Origin: Anaeromyxobacteraceae bacterium | GTDB taxonomy: Bacteria; Myxococcota; Myxococcia; Myxococcales; Anaeromyxobacteraceae | Assembly (NCBI GenBank): GCA_032654565.1 | Contig: JAULAX010000017.1 | Location: 416,001-480,000 of the forward strand | Direction: 5' to 3' | Length of the DNA: 64,000 bases | Part shown: piece by piece, positions 29,007 to 39,741 of the stretch | Layout: each line of letters opens with the position of its first letter | Numbering within the stretch: position 1 is the stretch's first letter | Program-made: the position numbers and the translations under genes | Notes under the pieces: model-generated | Databases searched by the model: none | Told to the model about the DNA's origin: nothing | Seen by the model: only the letters and a program-made list of their open reading frames with translations

Positions 29007-29879
29007 CTACCGCTTCGGCTCGGCCTCGCCGACCGTCACCATCCGGTCGAGGTAGGCGCGGGCCACCTTCTGGCCGTCGAGGCGCAGCTCGCGGGCCAGG
29101 CTCATGAGGATGCCGCGCAGGTAGACCGGGGCCGGGAGGGCCTTGAACCGGTCCAGCTCGATGTTCTCCAGGTGGTGGCGGGTGACCCGGGTCTTCTCCG
29201 CCAGCTGCTGCACCGTGAGCCCGCGGGACTCGCGGACCCGGCGCAGCATCTCGCCGGTCCAGGCGCCCCCCTCGGCCGGCTCCGGCGGGCCAGGGGCCGT
29301 CACCTCCCGATCGAGCAGGATGGGAGCGACCGGCCGGTTCAGGGCGATGGGAGGCGGCGCCACCGGGAGGGTGAGCGGGACGGGCGAGGGGGCCGCGGGC
29401 GGGCGCGGCGGCTCCGCGGTGGTGGCGGCGCTCTCGGCGCCCCGCTCCGGGGCCGGCGCCGGGGCCGGCGGTGGGGTCATGGCCGGCAGGCCCGGCGACA
29501 CCGGGCGCGGCTCGGTCGTCACCGGCTCGGGCTCCGGTGGGGGCCAGGTGGCCTGAGGGGGCGGGTGGACCGGCGTCGCCGCCGCCCGGCCGTCGGGCTC
29601 GGGCCCCGGCTCCGGCGCGGGTGCCGGCACCGGCGGCCGGACGCCGATCCGCTCGTCGTAGCGGGCCCGGGCGCTGGCGTCGAGCAGGACCGCCCTGGCC
29701 TCCTCGATCCGGCTGCTGAGCAGCGCCGTCTCCTCCGACGAGGCCAGCGTGTAGGTGGCCAGCGAGCCCGGGCCGTAGGCGGCGGCGGCCCGGTCGCAGG
29801 CGCGGGCGATCTCCTCGGCGGAGGCGTCCACCGAGACCTCGATGATCTCGTAGAGGGTCTGGTCGGAGAGCCGCTTCAC
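29007..29879 (-). CDS. DnaJ-like N-terminal domain, Pro-rich linker, RodZ-type HTH
   Basis: QTLYEIIEVSVDASAEEI...IEEARAVLLDASARARYDE (no HPD); GEMLRRVRESRGLT...LENIE.DRFKALPAPVYLRG. Confidence 0.8.
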   Translation of the reverse strand: MKRLSDQTLYEIIEVSVDASAEEIARACDRAAAAYGPGSLATYTLASSEETALLSSRIEEARAVLLDASARARYDERIGVRPPVPAPAPEPGPEPDGRAAATPVHPPPQATWPPPEPEPVTTEPRPVSPGLPAMTPPPAPAPAPERGAESAATTAEPPRPPAAPSPVPLTLPVAPPPIALNRPVAPILLDREVTAPGPPEPAEGGAWTGEMLRRVRESRGLTVQQLAEKTRVTRHHLENIELDRFKALPAPVYLRGILMSLARELRLDGQKVARAYLDRMVTVGEAEPKR

Positions 29880-30892
29880 GCCTGGTCCGCGACCTGCCCG
29901 GTGGCGTCGGCCTGGAGCAGCCGCTCGGCGATCCGCTCGAAGGCCTGCCCGGCCGGGACCTCCGGACGATCGACCAGCAGGGGGCGGCGGTGGCGCACCG
30001 CCCGCCACATCTCGTCGTCGTAGGCGATGGCGCCGAGGTAGTCCATCTCCAGCCCGAAGTACTTCCTCCAGGCGGCCACCACGGCGTGGCCCATCTCGGC
30101 GTCCTGCTGGGAGCGGACCTGGTTGACCACCAGCCGGGGGCGGAAGGCGGCCAGCTGCCTGGCGAGGTTGGCCCCCGCCTCCGGGTCGCGCTCCACCACC
30201 GAGGCCACCAGCTCCACCGGGCTGCGGAAGCTGGCGCCGTCCATCACCTGGCGCAGCAGCGCCTCGTAGCCGAAGACCTGGGAGACGTTCCGCACCCTCC
30301 GCCAGAAGGCGGCCTTGACGAAGCGGTAGGCGTTCTCCACCGCGGTCGGCTCGGGGACCAGCACCAGGATGCCGTGGTCGGAGACCAGGAAGAAGTCGAG
30401 CACGTTGGTGTGGGTCCCGGCGCCGAGGTCGAGGATGGCGTAGTCGACGTCCAGGGCCTGGACGTGGCGCAGCAGCCTCATCTTCTGGGCGTGCTTGGGG
30501 GTGGCCGCCTCGAGGCTGTCGAGGGCGCCGGAGACCAGGCCGAGGTTGGGGATCCCGGTCGGCGTCACCACGTCCTCCAGCCGCTCCACCTTGCGGTCGA
30601 TGAAGTCGGAGAGCGTGCCGCGGGGCAGGTCGAGGCCGAGCGTGGTGTGGAGGTTGGCGCCGCCCAGGTCGGCGTCCACCAGCACCACCCGCTTGCCGCG
30701 GCGGGCCAGGGCGATGGCCAGGTTGGCCGAGATCAGGCTCTTGCCGATGCCCCCCTTGCCGCCGCCGACCGAGAGGATGCGGCGGGCGCGCGGACCGGGG
30801 GTCTTCGCCCGGGCGGGCGCCCGCGGCGGAGGGGAGAGGTCCAGCTGCAGCCCGGACGGCTGGACCAGCTTGAGGATCGGTCCTTCGGCCAT
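29876..30892 (-). CDS. MinD/FlhG(FleN)-family P-loop ATPase
   Basis: GGGKGGIGKS deviant Walker A, DADLGGANLH, LDLGAG, PEPTAVENAYRF. Confidence 0.88.
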   Translation of the reverse strand: MAEGPILKLVQPSGLQLDLSPPPRAPARAKTPGPRARRILSVGGGKGGIGKSLISANLAIALARRGKRVVLVDADLGGANLHTTLGLDLPRGTLSDFIDRKVERLEDVVTPTGIPNLGLVSGALDSLEAATPKHAQKMRLLRHVQALDVDYAILDLGAGTHTNVLDFFLVSDHGILVLVPEPTAVENAYRFVKAAFWRRVRNVSQVFGYEALLRQVMDGASFRSPVELVASVVERDPEAGANLARQLAAFRPRLVVNQVRSQQDAEMGHAVVAAWRKYFGLEMDYLGAIAYDDEMWRAVRHRRPLLVDRPEVPAGQAFERIAERLLQADATGQVADQA

Positions 30893-31008
30893 GGGCGAGA
30901 CTCTACGCCCGGGGAGTCGGGAGGTCCAAGAACTGCGCCCCCTTGGACCCGTTCCGGGATCGCCCCATTTGAGCCTCGACAGGTGCGGCGGACCGTCGCC
31001 CCAGCCGG

Positions 31009-33201
31009 CTACTCCAGCAGCCGGTACGAGGCGAACGAGCGGAGGACCCGCTTCACGTAGCCGCGCGTCTCGTCGAAGGGGATCTCCTCGATCCACTCGT
31101 CCAGGGGGACGTCGCGGGCGCCCTGGCGCCAGCGCCGCACCGCCCCGTCCCCGGCGTTGTAGGCGGCCAGCGCCTCGGCCGTCGAGCCCTGGTGGGCCCG
31201 CAGCAGCTGGCCGAGGTAGGCGGCGCCGATGCGGATCGAGGTCTCCGGGTCGGTGAGCGCCACCCGGTCGGGCCGGGGGAGCTTGAGCCTCCGCGCCACC
31301 TGCTGCGCGGTCGGCAGCATCAGCTGGGTCAGCCCGACGGCCCCGGCCGGCGACACCACCTCGGGGTCGAGGGCGCTCTCCTCCCTCATCAGCGCGTGGA
31401 GGAGGGCCGGCGGGACCCCGGCCTCGGCCGCGTACTTCTCGACCAGCGGCGACCAGGCCGGCGGGTAGGCCAGCGCCCAGACCGCCCTCCCCGCCCCCTC
31501 CGGCGGCCGGCGCAGCGTCGCCCGCCCCTCGACCCGGAGCAGCTGGTGGGCGACCCGGTGATCGCCGGCCCGCGACAGCAGCGTCGCCAGCAGCATCACC
31601 TCCGGTGAAGGTTCGCCGCGCCCCAGCGAGAGCCGCCCCCGGTCGACGGCCAGGAGCTCCTCGTCGGCGGCCCTGGGGAGGCCGAGCCGGAGCAGGAGCA
31701 GCCCGGCGCGGAAGTGGGGGTCGTCGCGGAGCGGCCCCGGGTCGAGCGGCCACGCCCCCTGGGGCGGGGCGACCGGTGGCGTCCCCAGGCTGATCCCGAC
31801 ACGGCCCTCGAGCCGGGACCGCGCCAGCAGCGAGTAGAAGTCGGCCGGCGCCGCCGCCACCAGCCCCTGCCAGATGACCCGGGCGGCCGCCAGCCCCTCG
31901 GCGCCCGAGGCGGCCAGCAGCGTGGCGCGCCAGTAGGCGGCCCGGGCATGCTCGTAGGGGTCGACCTCGCGGCCGTCCTCCTCGATGGCCAGCAGCGCGG
32001 CGATGGCACCGGCCGCGTCGCCCTGCCGGCGCGACAGCCAGGCCAGGCGGAAGCGGGCCTCGTCCACCTTGTCGCCGTCGGGGTGGCGCTGGACCACCTC
32101 GAGGAGGGCCCGCCTGGCCTCGGCGTGGCGGCCGGCCCGGGCCAGCAGCTCGGCGGCGGAGACCAGGGCGTCGTCGGCCAGGGTGCTGGCGGGGTGCTCC
32201 CGCGCGAAGCGCTGGTAGAGCGGGAGGGCCTCCTCGCGCGCCCCCTGCGCCTGCGCCGCGGTGGCCAGCACGAACAGGGCGCGGGTCCGCAGCGCCGGCT
32301 CGACGCAGCGCTCGGCCACCGGCCGCAGCAGCTCGGCGGCCCGCCGGTGCTGTCGATCCCGCTTCGCGGCGCGCCCCAGGGCGGCGTGGACCCGGCAGGC
32401 GAGCGGCTGGTCGACGGCCGGCGGGGGCACGGCCAGGAGCAGCGGCTCGAGCAGCGCCATGGCCTCGGCGTTGCGGTTCCGCTCCACCAGCCCCTCGGCG
32501 CGGCGCACCGTGGTCTCCGGGTCGGGGTCGGCGCCCGCCTCGGCGGGGAGCTGCTTGAGCGCGGCCAGGCACCGCGGCGCCTCGGGCGCGATCGGGTGAT
32601 CGGCCCAGCAGCGCAGCAGCGCGGCGCGGGCGGCGGCCGGCTCGGCGGGGACCAGGGCGGCCCGCAGCTCGCCGGCGAGCAGGAGCGCGGCGGCGGCCGG
32701 GTCGGGACGCGCCGGATCGGCCGGCGGCGGCTGGTCGACGAGCCGGGCCAGCGCGGCCAGCGCCGGCGCCGGCGCCCCCCCGGCGGCCAGGGCCCGCGCC
32801 TGGCGCACCTGGGCGTCGCCAAAGAGGACCGAGCTGGCCGGCAGGGCGGCGAAGGCCTGGGCCGCCTCGAGGTGCCGGCCGAGCGTCACCAGGCAGCGCC
32901 CCCGGAGCGCCTGCAGCCGGTCGGCCAGCTCGGGGAGGCGGCGCCCCAGGCCGTCGCTGGTCTGCAGCGCCTCGGCGCAGGCGCCGGTGGCCTCCTCGGC
33001 GAGGGCCCGGAGGAAGAGGGCCCCGGGGGCCCGGTCGGCGCCGACCGCGGCCAGGGCCTCCGCCCCCTTCCCGGCGGTGAGCAGCGCCCCGGCCTCGGCC
33101 GGCCGGCCGGCCAGCAGGGGGGAGAGATCCCGCTCCAGCAGCGGGGCCAGCGGGGGCGACACGCCGACGGCGATGGCCAGCAGGATGGGGGTGACGGGCA
33201 T
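31009..33201 (-). CDS. slt: Soluble lytic murein transglycosylase (Slt70-like, TPR + SLT)
   Basis: ALMREES, SPAGAVGLTQLMLPTA, ALAAYNAG, IEEIPFDETRGYVKRV. Confidence 0.9.
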   Translation of the reverse strand: MPVTPILLAIAVGVSPPLAPLLERDLSPLLAGRPAEAGALLTAGKGAEALAAVGADRAPGALFLRALAEEATGACAEALQTSDGLGRRLPELADRLQALRGRCLVTLGRHLEAAQAFAALPASSVLFGDAQVRQARALAAGGAPAPALAALARLVDQPPPADPARPDPAAAALLLAGELRAALVPAEPAAARAALLRCWADHPIAPEAPRCLAALKQLPAEAGADPDPETTVRRAEGLVERNRNAEAMALLEPLLLAVPPPAVDQPLACRVHAALGRAAKRDRQHRRAAELLRPVAERCVEPALRTRALFVLATAAQAQGAREEALPLYQRFAREHPASTLADDALVSAAELLARAGRHAEARRALLEVVQRHPDGDKVDEARFRLAWLSRRQGDAAGAIAALLAIEEDGREVDPYEHARAAYWRATLLAASGAEGLAAARVIWQGLVAAAPADFYSLLARSRLEGRVGISLGTPPVAPPQGAWPLDPGPLRDDPHFRAGLLLLRLGLPRAADEELLAVDRGRLSLGRGEPSPEVMLLATLLSRAGDHRVAHQLLRVEGRATLRRPPEGAGRAVWALAYPPAWSPLVEKYAAEAGVPPALLHALMREESALDPEVVSPAGAVGLTQLMLPTAQQVARRLKLPRPDRVALTDPETSIRIGAAYLGQLLRAHQGSTAEALAAYNAGDGAVRRWRQGARDVPLDEWIEEIPFDETRGYVKRVLRSFASYRLLE

Positions 33202-33282
33202 CGGGGCGGTGAGCGTGCGACGGCGGTCCGGTCGGGTCAAGTCGGAGCCACGCCAGGGAGGGACGGGGTAAGCTGCCGGAGC

Positions 33283-35520
33283 GTGGACATCCGGACCCAG
33301 GCCGCCCTGCTCGCCGCCATCGTCACCCTGGCGCTGGCCGTGGCGGCGCTGCTGCGCGACAGCCGGCCGCGGGTCTTCACCGTCTTCGCCTTCCTGGCCA
33401 TCGACCTCTCGCTTTTCTCGCTGGCCCTCTGCTTCCTGCGCTGGCCCGAGTTCGGCGCCGCCGAGACCTGGTGGAACCGCCTCGCCGTCGCCTCCGGCTC
33501 GCTCATCCCCTCGGCGGCCCTGGCCTTCTACCTGGAGTTCCTCGGCGTGGCCCGGCGCCCCGCCCGGCGCGCCCGCAACGCCATGCTGGCCGGCTCGGTC
33601 GGCGGCCTGGTGGTGGCCGCCTCGCCGCTGATCCACGTCCGCCTGGCCCGCTTCGCGGTGGCCGCCTACGTCCTCTTCGGCCTCGCCGTGGTGGCCTCGG
33701 TGCTGGTCAACAAGCTCCGCTCCGCCGCCACCCGGATCGAGCGGGCCCGCCTCCGCTACCTCTTCATCGGCGCCCTGGTGGCCATGGTGCTCTCCACCGC
33801 CGAGGTGCTGCTGGCGCCCAGCTTCAACTACCCGGTGGAGGGGCTCGGCTCCATCAGCCTCACCATCTACATGTTCTTCCTGTCGCAGACCCTGCTGCGC
33901 CACCGCCTGCTCGACCTGCACGAGTTCCTCGGGAAGATCGTGGTGGTCACCGCCCTCGGCCTGGTGCTGGTGGTGGTCTACGGCGGCCTGGTCTCCTGGG
34001 TGGGCGACCGCCGCGAGCTCTTCTACTTCAACACCGTGGTCGCCTCCTTCGTGATCCTCTCCCTCTTCGAGCCCCTGCGCCACCGGGTCGAGGAGTGGGT
34101 GGTGGCCACGCTGTTCCGCGAGCGCTACGAGCTGGTGCGCAAGCTGGAGCTGATCCGCGACCGGGCCGCCTCGGTGATCGATCCCGCCGAGCTGGCGGTG
34201 ATCGTGCTCGACGGCCTGGTCGAGACCCGCCGCGTCACCCACGCCTCGCTCTGGCTGCTCTCCGAGGACCGCCCCGGCTTCCGGCCCATCGACTCGCGCG
34301 GCCCCGCCCCGGCCGCCTTCCTCGAGCCGGCCGCGGCCCGGGCCCTGATGGCCGCCGTCGCCGCCGGCCAGAAGGCCCTGCTGCTGGAGAACCTCGACCG
34401 GCGCATGGCCGACCTGCAGCGCCTGCTCCCCGCCGGGCCCGCCGAGGTGGTGGCCCGGTCCGGCCGCCTGGCGCTGGCGGCGGTGGAGGCCGAGCTGAAG
34501 CGGCTCGGCGACGCCCGGGCGGTGATGACCTCGATGAAGGCCGGCATCTGCATGCCGCTGGCGGCCGGCGATCGCCCGGTGGGCTTCTTCGCCTGCGGTG
34601 ACGAGCGGGTCCCCGAGGCCTTCGCCTCCGACGAGATCGCCGCCCTGCTGGAGGTCGCCGACCGCTGCGCGCTGGTGATCGAGAACTCCAAGCTCTACCA
34701 GCAGATGAAGGAGCGCGACCGCCTCGCCGCCATCGGCGAGATGTCGGCCGGCCTGGCCCACGAGATCCGCAACCCGCTGGCCGCCATCAAGGGGGCCATC
34801 CAGTACCTCGACCCGGCCACGCTGCCCGGCGAGGACCGCGAGTTCCTGGAGATCGTGGTGGACGAGGTGAACCGCCTCAACGGGGTGGTGACCCAGTTCC
34901 TCGACTACTCCCGCCCGCTCAAGCCGGCCCTCGATCCCGTCGACATCAACGAGGTGGTCTCGCGCACCCTGAAGCTGCTGCAGAGCGCCGTCCCGCCCGG
35001 CATCGAGCTGGTGGCCGACCTGGCCGGCGAGCCGCTGCGCGTCCTCTGCGACGCCGAGCAGCTCAAGCAGGTCTTCATCAACCTCACCCAGAACGGCTTC
35101 CAGGCCATGCCGCGCGGGGGCCGGCTGACGGTGAGCACCCTGGTGGTGCGCGACGAGCTGGCCTTCTGGCGCGAGGGGGCCCGCCGCCCCGACCAGGTGG
35201 AGATCCGGTTCCGCGACTCCGGGCCGGGCATCCCCGAGGAGGAGCGGGAGCGGATCTTCGTCCCCTTCTACACCACCAAGGAGAAGGGGACCGGGCTCGG
35301 CCTGGCCATCTGCCTGCGCCTGGTCAAGGCCCACCAGGGGACGCTGGTGGTGCGCTCCCCGCCGGGCGGCGGCGCCGAGTTCATCGTCGCCCTCCCCGCC
35401 CACCGCGAGGAGCGGCTCGAGCCCCCCAGCGCCGCCGGCCCCGACGACCAGCACCTCCGGCAGCGCCGGCGGGAGCGCGCCGAGGCCCGGCTCCGCAAGC
35501 GGAAACGGCGCAAGGGCTAG
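33283..35520 (+). CDS. Multi-TM sensor histidine kinase with GAF-like region
   Basis: Multi-TM N-term; H-box [38 protein letters not shown]. Confidence 0.92.
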   Translation: MDIRTQAALLAAIVTLALAVAALLRDSRPRVFTVFAFLAIDLSLFSLALCFLRWPEFGAAETWWNRLAVASGSLIPSAALAFYLEFLGVARRPARRARNAMLAGSVGGLVVAASPLIHVRLARFAVAAYVLFGLAVVASVLVNKLRSAATRIERARLRYLFIGALVAMVLSTAEVLLAPSFNYPVEGLGSISLTIYMFFLSQTLLRHRLLDLHEFLGKIVVVTALGLVLVVVYGGLVSWVGDRRELFYFNTVVASFVILSLFEPLRHRVEEWVVATLFRERYELVRKLELIRDRAASVIDPAELAVIVLDGLVETRRVTHASLWLLSEDRPGFRPIDSRGPAPAAFLEPAAARALMAAVAAGQKALLLENLDRRMADLQRLLPAGPAEVVARSGRLALAAVEAELKRLGDARAVMTSMKAGICMPLAAGDRPVGFFACGDERVPEAFASDEIAALLEVADRCALVIENSKLYQQMKERDRLAAIGEMSAGLAHEIRNPLAAIKGAIQYLDPATLPGEDREFLEIVVDEVNRLNGVVTQFLDYSRPLKPALDPVDINEVVSRTLKLLQSAVPPGIELVADLAGEPLRVLCDAEQLKQVFINLTQNGFQAMPRGGRLTVSTLVVRDELAFWREGARRPDQVEIRFRDSGPGIPEEERERIFVPFYTTKEKGTGLGLAICLRLVKAHQGTLVVRSPPGGGAEFIVALPAHREERLEPPSAAGPDDQHLRQRRRERAEARLRKRKRRKG

Positions 35521-35636
35521 AGCACCTCCCTCACCCCCAGCCCCGCTCCGGCCGGGGGCTGCGAGGTGCGCTCCAGGCGCGCGGGCGAGCCGCGCCGGCC
35601 TGCCCTCCCGGGCCGATCCGTGCTACCACCTTCGGC

Positions 35637-37055
<1,419 letters not shown>

Positions 37056-37147
37056 TCACCACCACCACCGCCCGGCGTCGGGGCCCTTCGCCTTGACCCC
37101 GCTCGGGCGCCGCTGCTAGCGTCGTCTCTCCGCACTGGAGGAGCTTC

Positions 37148-38467
37148 ATGGGCCGGCTTTCCGCCGTCATCACCGCCGCTTCGCTGCTCGCGCTGGCCAC
37201 CCCGGCCGGCGCCGCCGAGCTCACCCACGTCGCCACCGCGGCGGAGCCCGACAGCGCCTTCAACCTCGACTTCTCGGTCCGCTGGGAGCGGTCGCTGAAG
37301 CGGGCCACCATCACCCGGGAGAAGGCCACCGCGGCCACCGCCAGCGAGCCCTTCGGCCGGGTCGACGACGTGCCCGAGCTCTCCTACAGCGAGATCACCA
37401 ACCTCATCGTCCCCAGGCTGGCCTTCGGCGTCTACCAGGACGTCGAGCTCCACTTCGAGATGCCCTACTACCTCGGGCAGGAGGTCTCCTGGAAGTTCGC
37501 CAAGGGGATCGCGCTCGGGTCGGAGAGCTCCATCATCACGCCCGGCGTCGACGTCAATGGCGCCGCCTGCACCAACTGCCCGCTCTTCGACGCCCAGGCG
37601 CGCGACATCACCTCCTACCACGGGGGCGTCACCGGCGACCTCAAGGCCGGCCTCTCCTGGGGCATCCTCAACGACCGCAAGGACGACACCAAGCCGTTCC
37701 TGCTGGTGGGGCTGGACATCACCTTCCCCACCGCGGACCTCTACGATCCCTGGGCGGGGCGCGTCGCCACCGGGCCGACCTTCAGCGCGCCCAACTTCCT
37801 CCCCGCCAACCCGGCCCCCGTCGGCCAGAAGATCTGGAAGTTCGACCTCCAGACCGCGCTCTCCAAGCGGATGGGCCCCATCGAGCCCTACTTCAAGGCC
37901 CACCTGATGCTGCCGCGCCGCTTCTCCTCCACCTACTCCAACTGCGACCACGTCGCCGACGCCGCCAACGCGCCGCCCGGGACCACCGTCACCAGGACCA
38001 ACTGCGCCCTGCCCCAGTGGAAGGACGAGGCCGGGGCCAAGCTGCCGTGGATGACCGGGGTGACCTTCGGGACCGAGTTCATCACCCTCCAGGATCCGGT
38101 CGAGGGGCAGCGGATGGTCATCGACCTGCGCCTCAACGCCGAGTACACCTCGCGGGGGCGCTGGTACAACGAGCTCACCGACGCCACCGGCAAGCTGCTC
38201 TACACCGAGGGGTACATGCAGATCGGCGGGCTGGTCTCGCTGCTCTTCCGCGCCTCGAAGTACGTGGCGGTGCAGGGACAGGCCGGCTACGCCTTCGAGA
38301 CCTCGCACCTGCTGACCGGCGAGCCGCTCGGCACCGACTCGGCGGGGATCAACACCGCCGCCCAGAACCCCAACTTCGACTGGCGCTGGGACGCGCCGGG
38401 GCGCCGCTTCCGCATCACCAGCGCCGGGATCTTCTCCTTCCAGGTCGGCGGGATCCTCAACTTCTAG
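37148..38467 (+). CDS. Secreted, probable outer-membrane beta-barrel protein of unknown function
   Basis: GGAGGAG RBS; signal peptide; alternating beta-strand pattern; C-terminal Phe (GGILNF). Confidence 0.7.
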   Translation: MGRLSAVITAASLLALATPAGAAELTHVATAAEPDSAFNLDFSVRWERSLKRATITREKATAATASEPFGRVDDVPELSYSEITNLIVPRLAFGVYQDVELHFEMPYYLGQEVSWKFAKGIALGSESSIITPGVDVNGAACTNCPLFDAQARDITSYHGGVTGDLKAGLSWGILNDRKDDTKPFLLVGLDITFPTADLYDPWAGRVATGPTFSAPNFLPANPAPVGQKIWKFDLQTALSKRMGPIEPYFKAHLMLPRRFSSTYSNCDHVADAANAPPGTTVTRTNCALPQWKDEAGAKLPWMTGVTFGTEFITLQDPVEGQRMVIDLRLNAEYTSRGRWYNELTDATGKLLYTEGYMQIGGLVSLLFRASKYVAVQGQAGYAFETSHLLTGEPLGTDSAGINTAAQNPNFDWRWDAPGRRFRITSAGIFSFQVGGILNF

Positions 38468-38492
38468 GGGCCCGCGCCGGGGTGGCCGGCGC

Positions 38493-39356
38493 TCAGCCGC
38501 CCCGCTTCAGCCGCTCCAGCGCGTCGTAGACCTCGGCCCGCTTCAGGCCGCGCCGCCTCGCCACCTCGCGGGCGGTGACGCTGGGCGCCTCGCCCGCGGC
38601 CAGCCGCCGGCCCAGCTCCTCCTCCAGCGGCTCCTCGACGACCGGCGACGGCGCCTCGGCGGCGCCGGCCACCACGATGGTCACCTCGCCCTTCACCTCG
38701 CCGGAGAAGCGGGCCGCCAGGGCGCGGAGCGGCCCGCGGGCCAGCTCCTCGTGCAGCTTGGTCAGCTCCCGGCCCACCACCGCCACCCGGTCCCCCAGCG
38801 CCTCGGCCAGGTCGAGGAGCGTGGCGGCGGTCCGGTTGCCGGCCTCGTAGAGCACCAGCGTCGCCGGCAGCCCGGCCAGGAAGGCCAGCCGCTCCGCCCG
38901 CCCGCCCCCCTTGCGCGGCAGGAAGCCGGTGAAGAAGAACTGGTCGGCCGGCAGCCCCGAGGCCATCAGCGCCGTCAAGGCGGCCGAGGGGCCGGGGATG
39001 GGCACGATGCGGGCGCCGGCCTCCCAGGCGGCCGCCACCAGCGCCACGCCGGGGTCGGAGACGCCCGGGGTCCCGGCGTCGGTGCAGAGCGCCACGTCCT
39101 GCCCGGCCCGGAGCCGCTCCAGGATCGGCTCCAGCCGGCCGCGCTCGTCGAAGGCCGGCAGGGAGATCAGCGTGGGCGCCGCGGCCGCGAGGTGGGCGAA
39201 GAGCCGGGAGGTGCGGCGGGTGTCCTCGGCGGCCACCGCACCCACCGACCGCAGCGCCTCGGCGGTGCGCGGCGCCAGGTCGCCGAGGTTGCCGATGGGG
39301 GTGGCCAGCACGTACAGCGTGCCCATCCCCGGCGCCGGGCCCCGCTCCCCGCTCAC
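38493..39356 (-). CDS. rsmI: 16S rRNA (C1402-2'-O)-methyltransferase
   Basis: LYVLATPIGNLGD, AAEDTR, DAGTPGVSDPG, PIPGPSA, RELTKLHEE. Confidence 0.93.
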   Translation of the reverse strand: MSGERGPAPGMGTLYVLATPIGNLGDLAPRTAEALRSVGAVAAEDTRRTSRLFAHLAAAAPTLISLPAFDERGRLEPILERLRAGQDVALCTDAGTPGVSDPGVALVAAAWEAGARIVPIPGPSAALTALMASGLPADQFFFTGFLPRKGGGRAERLAFLAGLPATLVLYEAGNRTAATLLDLAEALGDRVAVVGRELTKLHEELARGPLRALAARFSGEVKGEVTIVVAGAAEAPSPVVEEPLEEELGRRLAAGEAPSVTAREVARRRGLKRAEVYDALERLKRGG

Positions 39357-39727
39357 GGGCAGGCCCGCCCCGAGGCGTCGAAGGCGCCCCGCACCAGCTC
39401 GAAGCGCGGCGCCTCGCCCTCGAAGACCACCGCCACCACGTCGAAGCGCAGGGCCTGCGCCAGGGCGCCGTTTCGCGCCGCCCAGTCGGTGGCCGCCGCC
39501 ACCACCCGCCGCGCCTTGGCGACCCCCACCGTCTCCAGCGGCGAGCCCTGGGCCAGGCTGGTGCGGCTCCGCACCTCGACGAAGCAGATGACCTCCCCCT
39601 CGCGGCAGATCAGGTCCACCTCGCCGCGCCGGGTGGCGTGGTTGCGCGCCAGGGTCTGGTAGCCGTGCCCGGCCAGCCAGGCCTCCGCCAGCGCCTCGGC
39701 CCGGCGGCCGCGGACCTGCCGCGGCAT
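39353..39727 (-). CDS. yraN: YraN family (UPF0102) protein
   Basis: GRRAEALA, RGEVDLI, FVEVRSR, RFDVVAV; alternative GTG start at 39745. Confidence 0.88.
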   Translation of the reverse strand: MPRQVRGRRAEALAEAWLAGHGYQTLARNHATRRGEVDLICREGEVICFVEVRSRTSLAQGSPLETVGVAKARRVVAAATDWAARNGALAQALRFDVVAVVFEGEAPRFELVRGAFDASGRACP

Positions 39728-39741
39728 GGGCCCGGCCCCGG

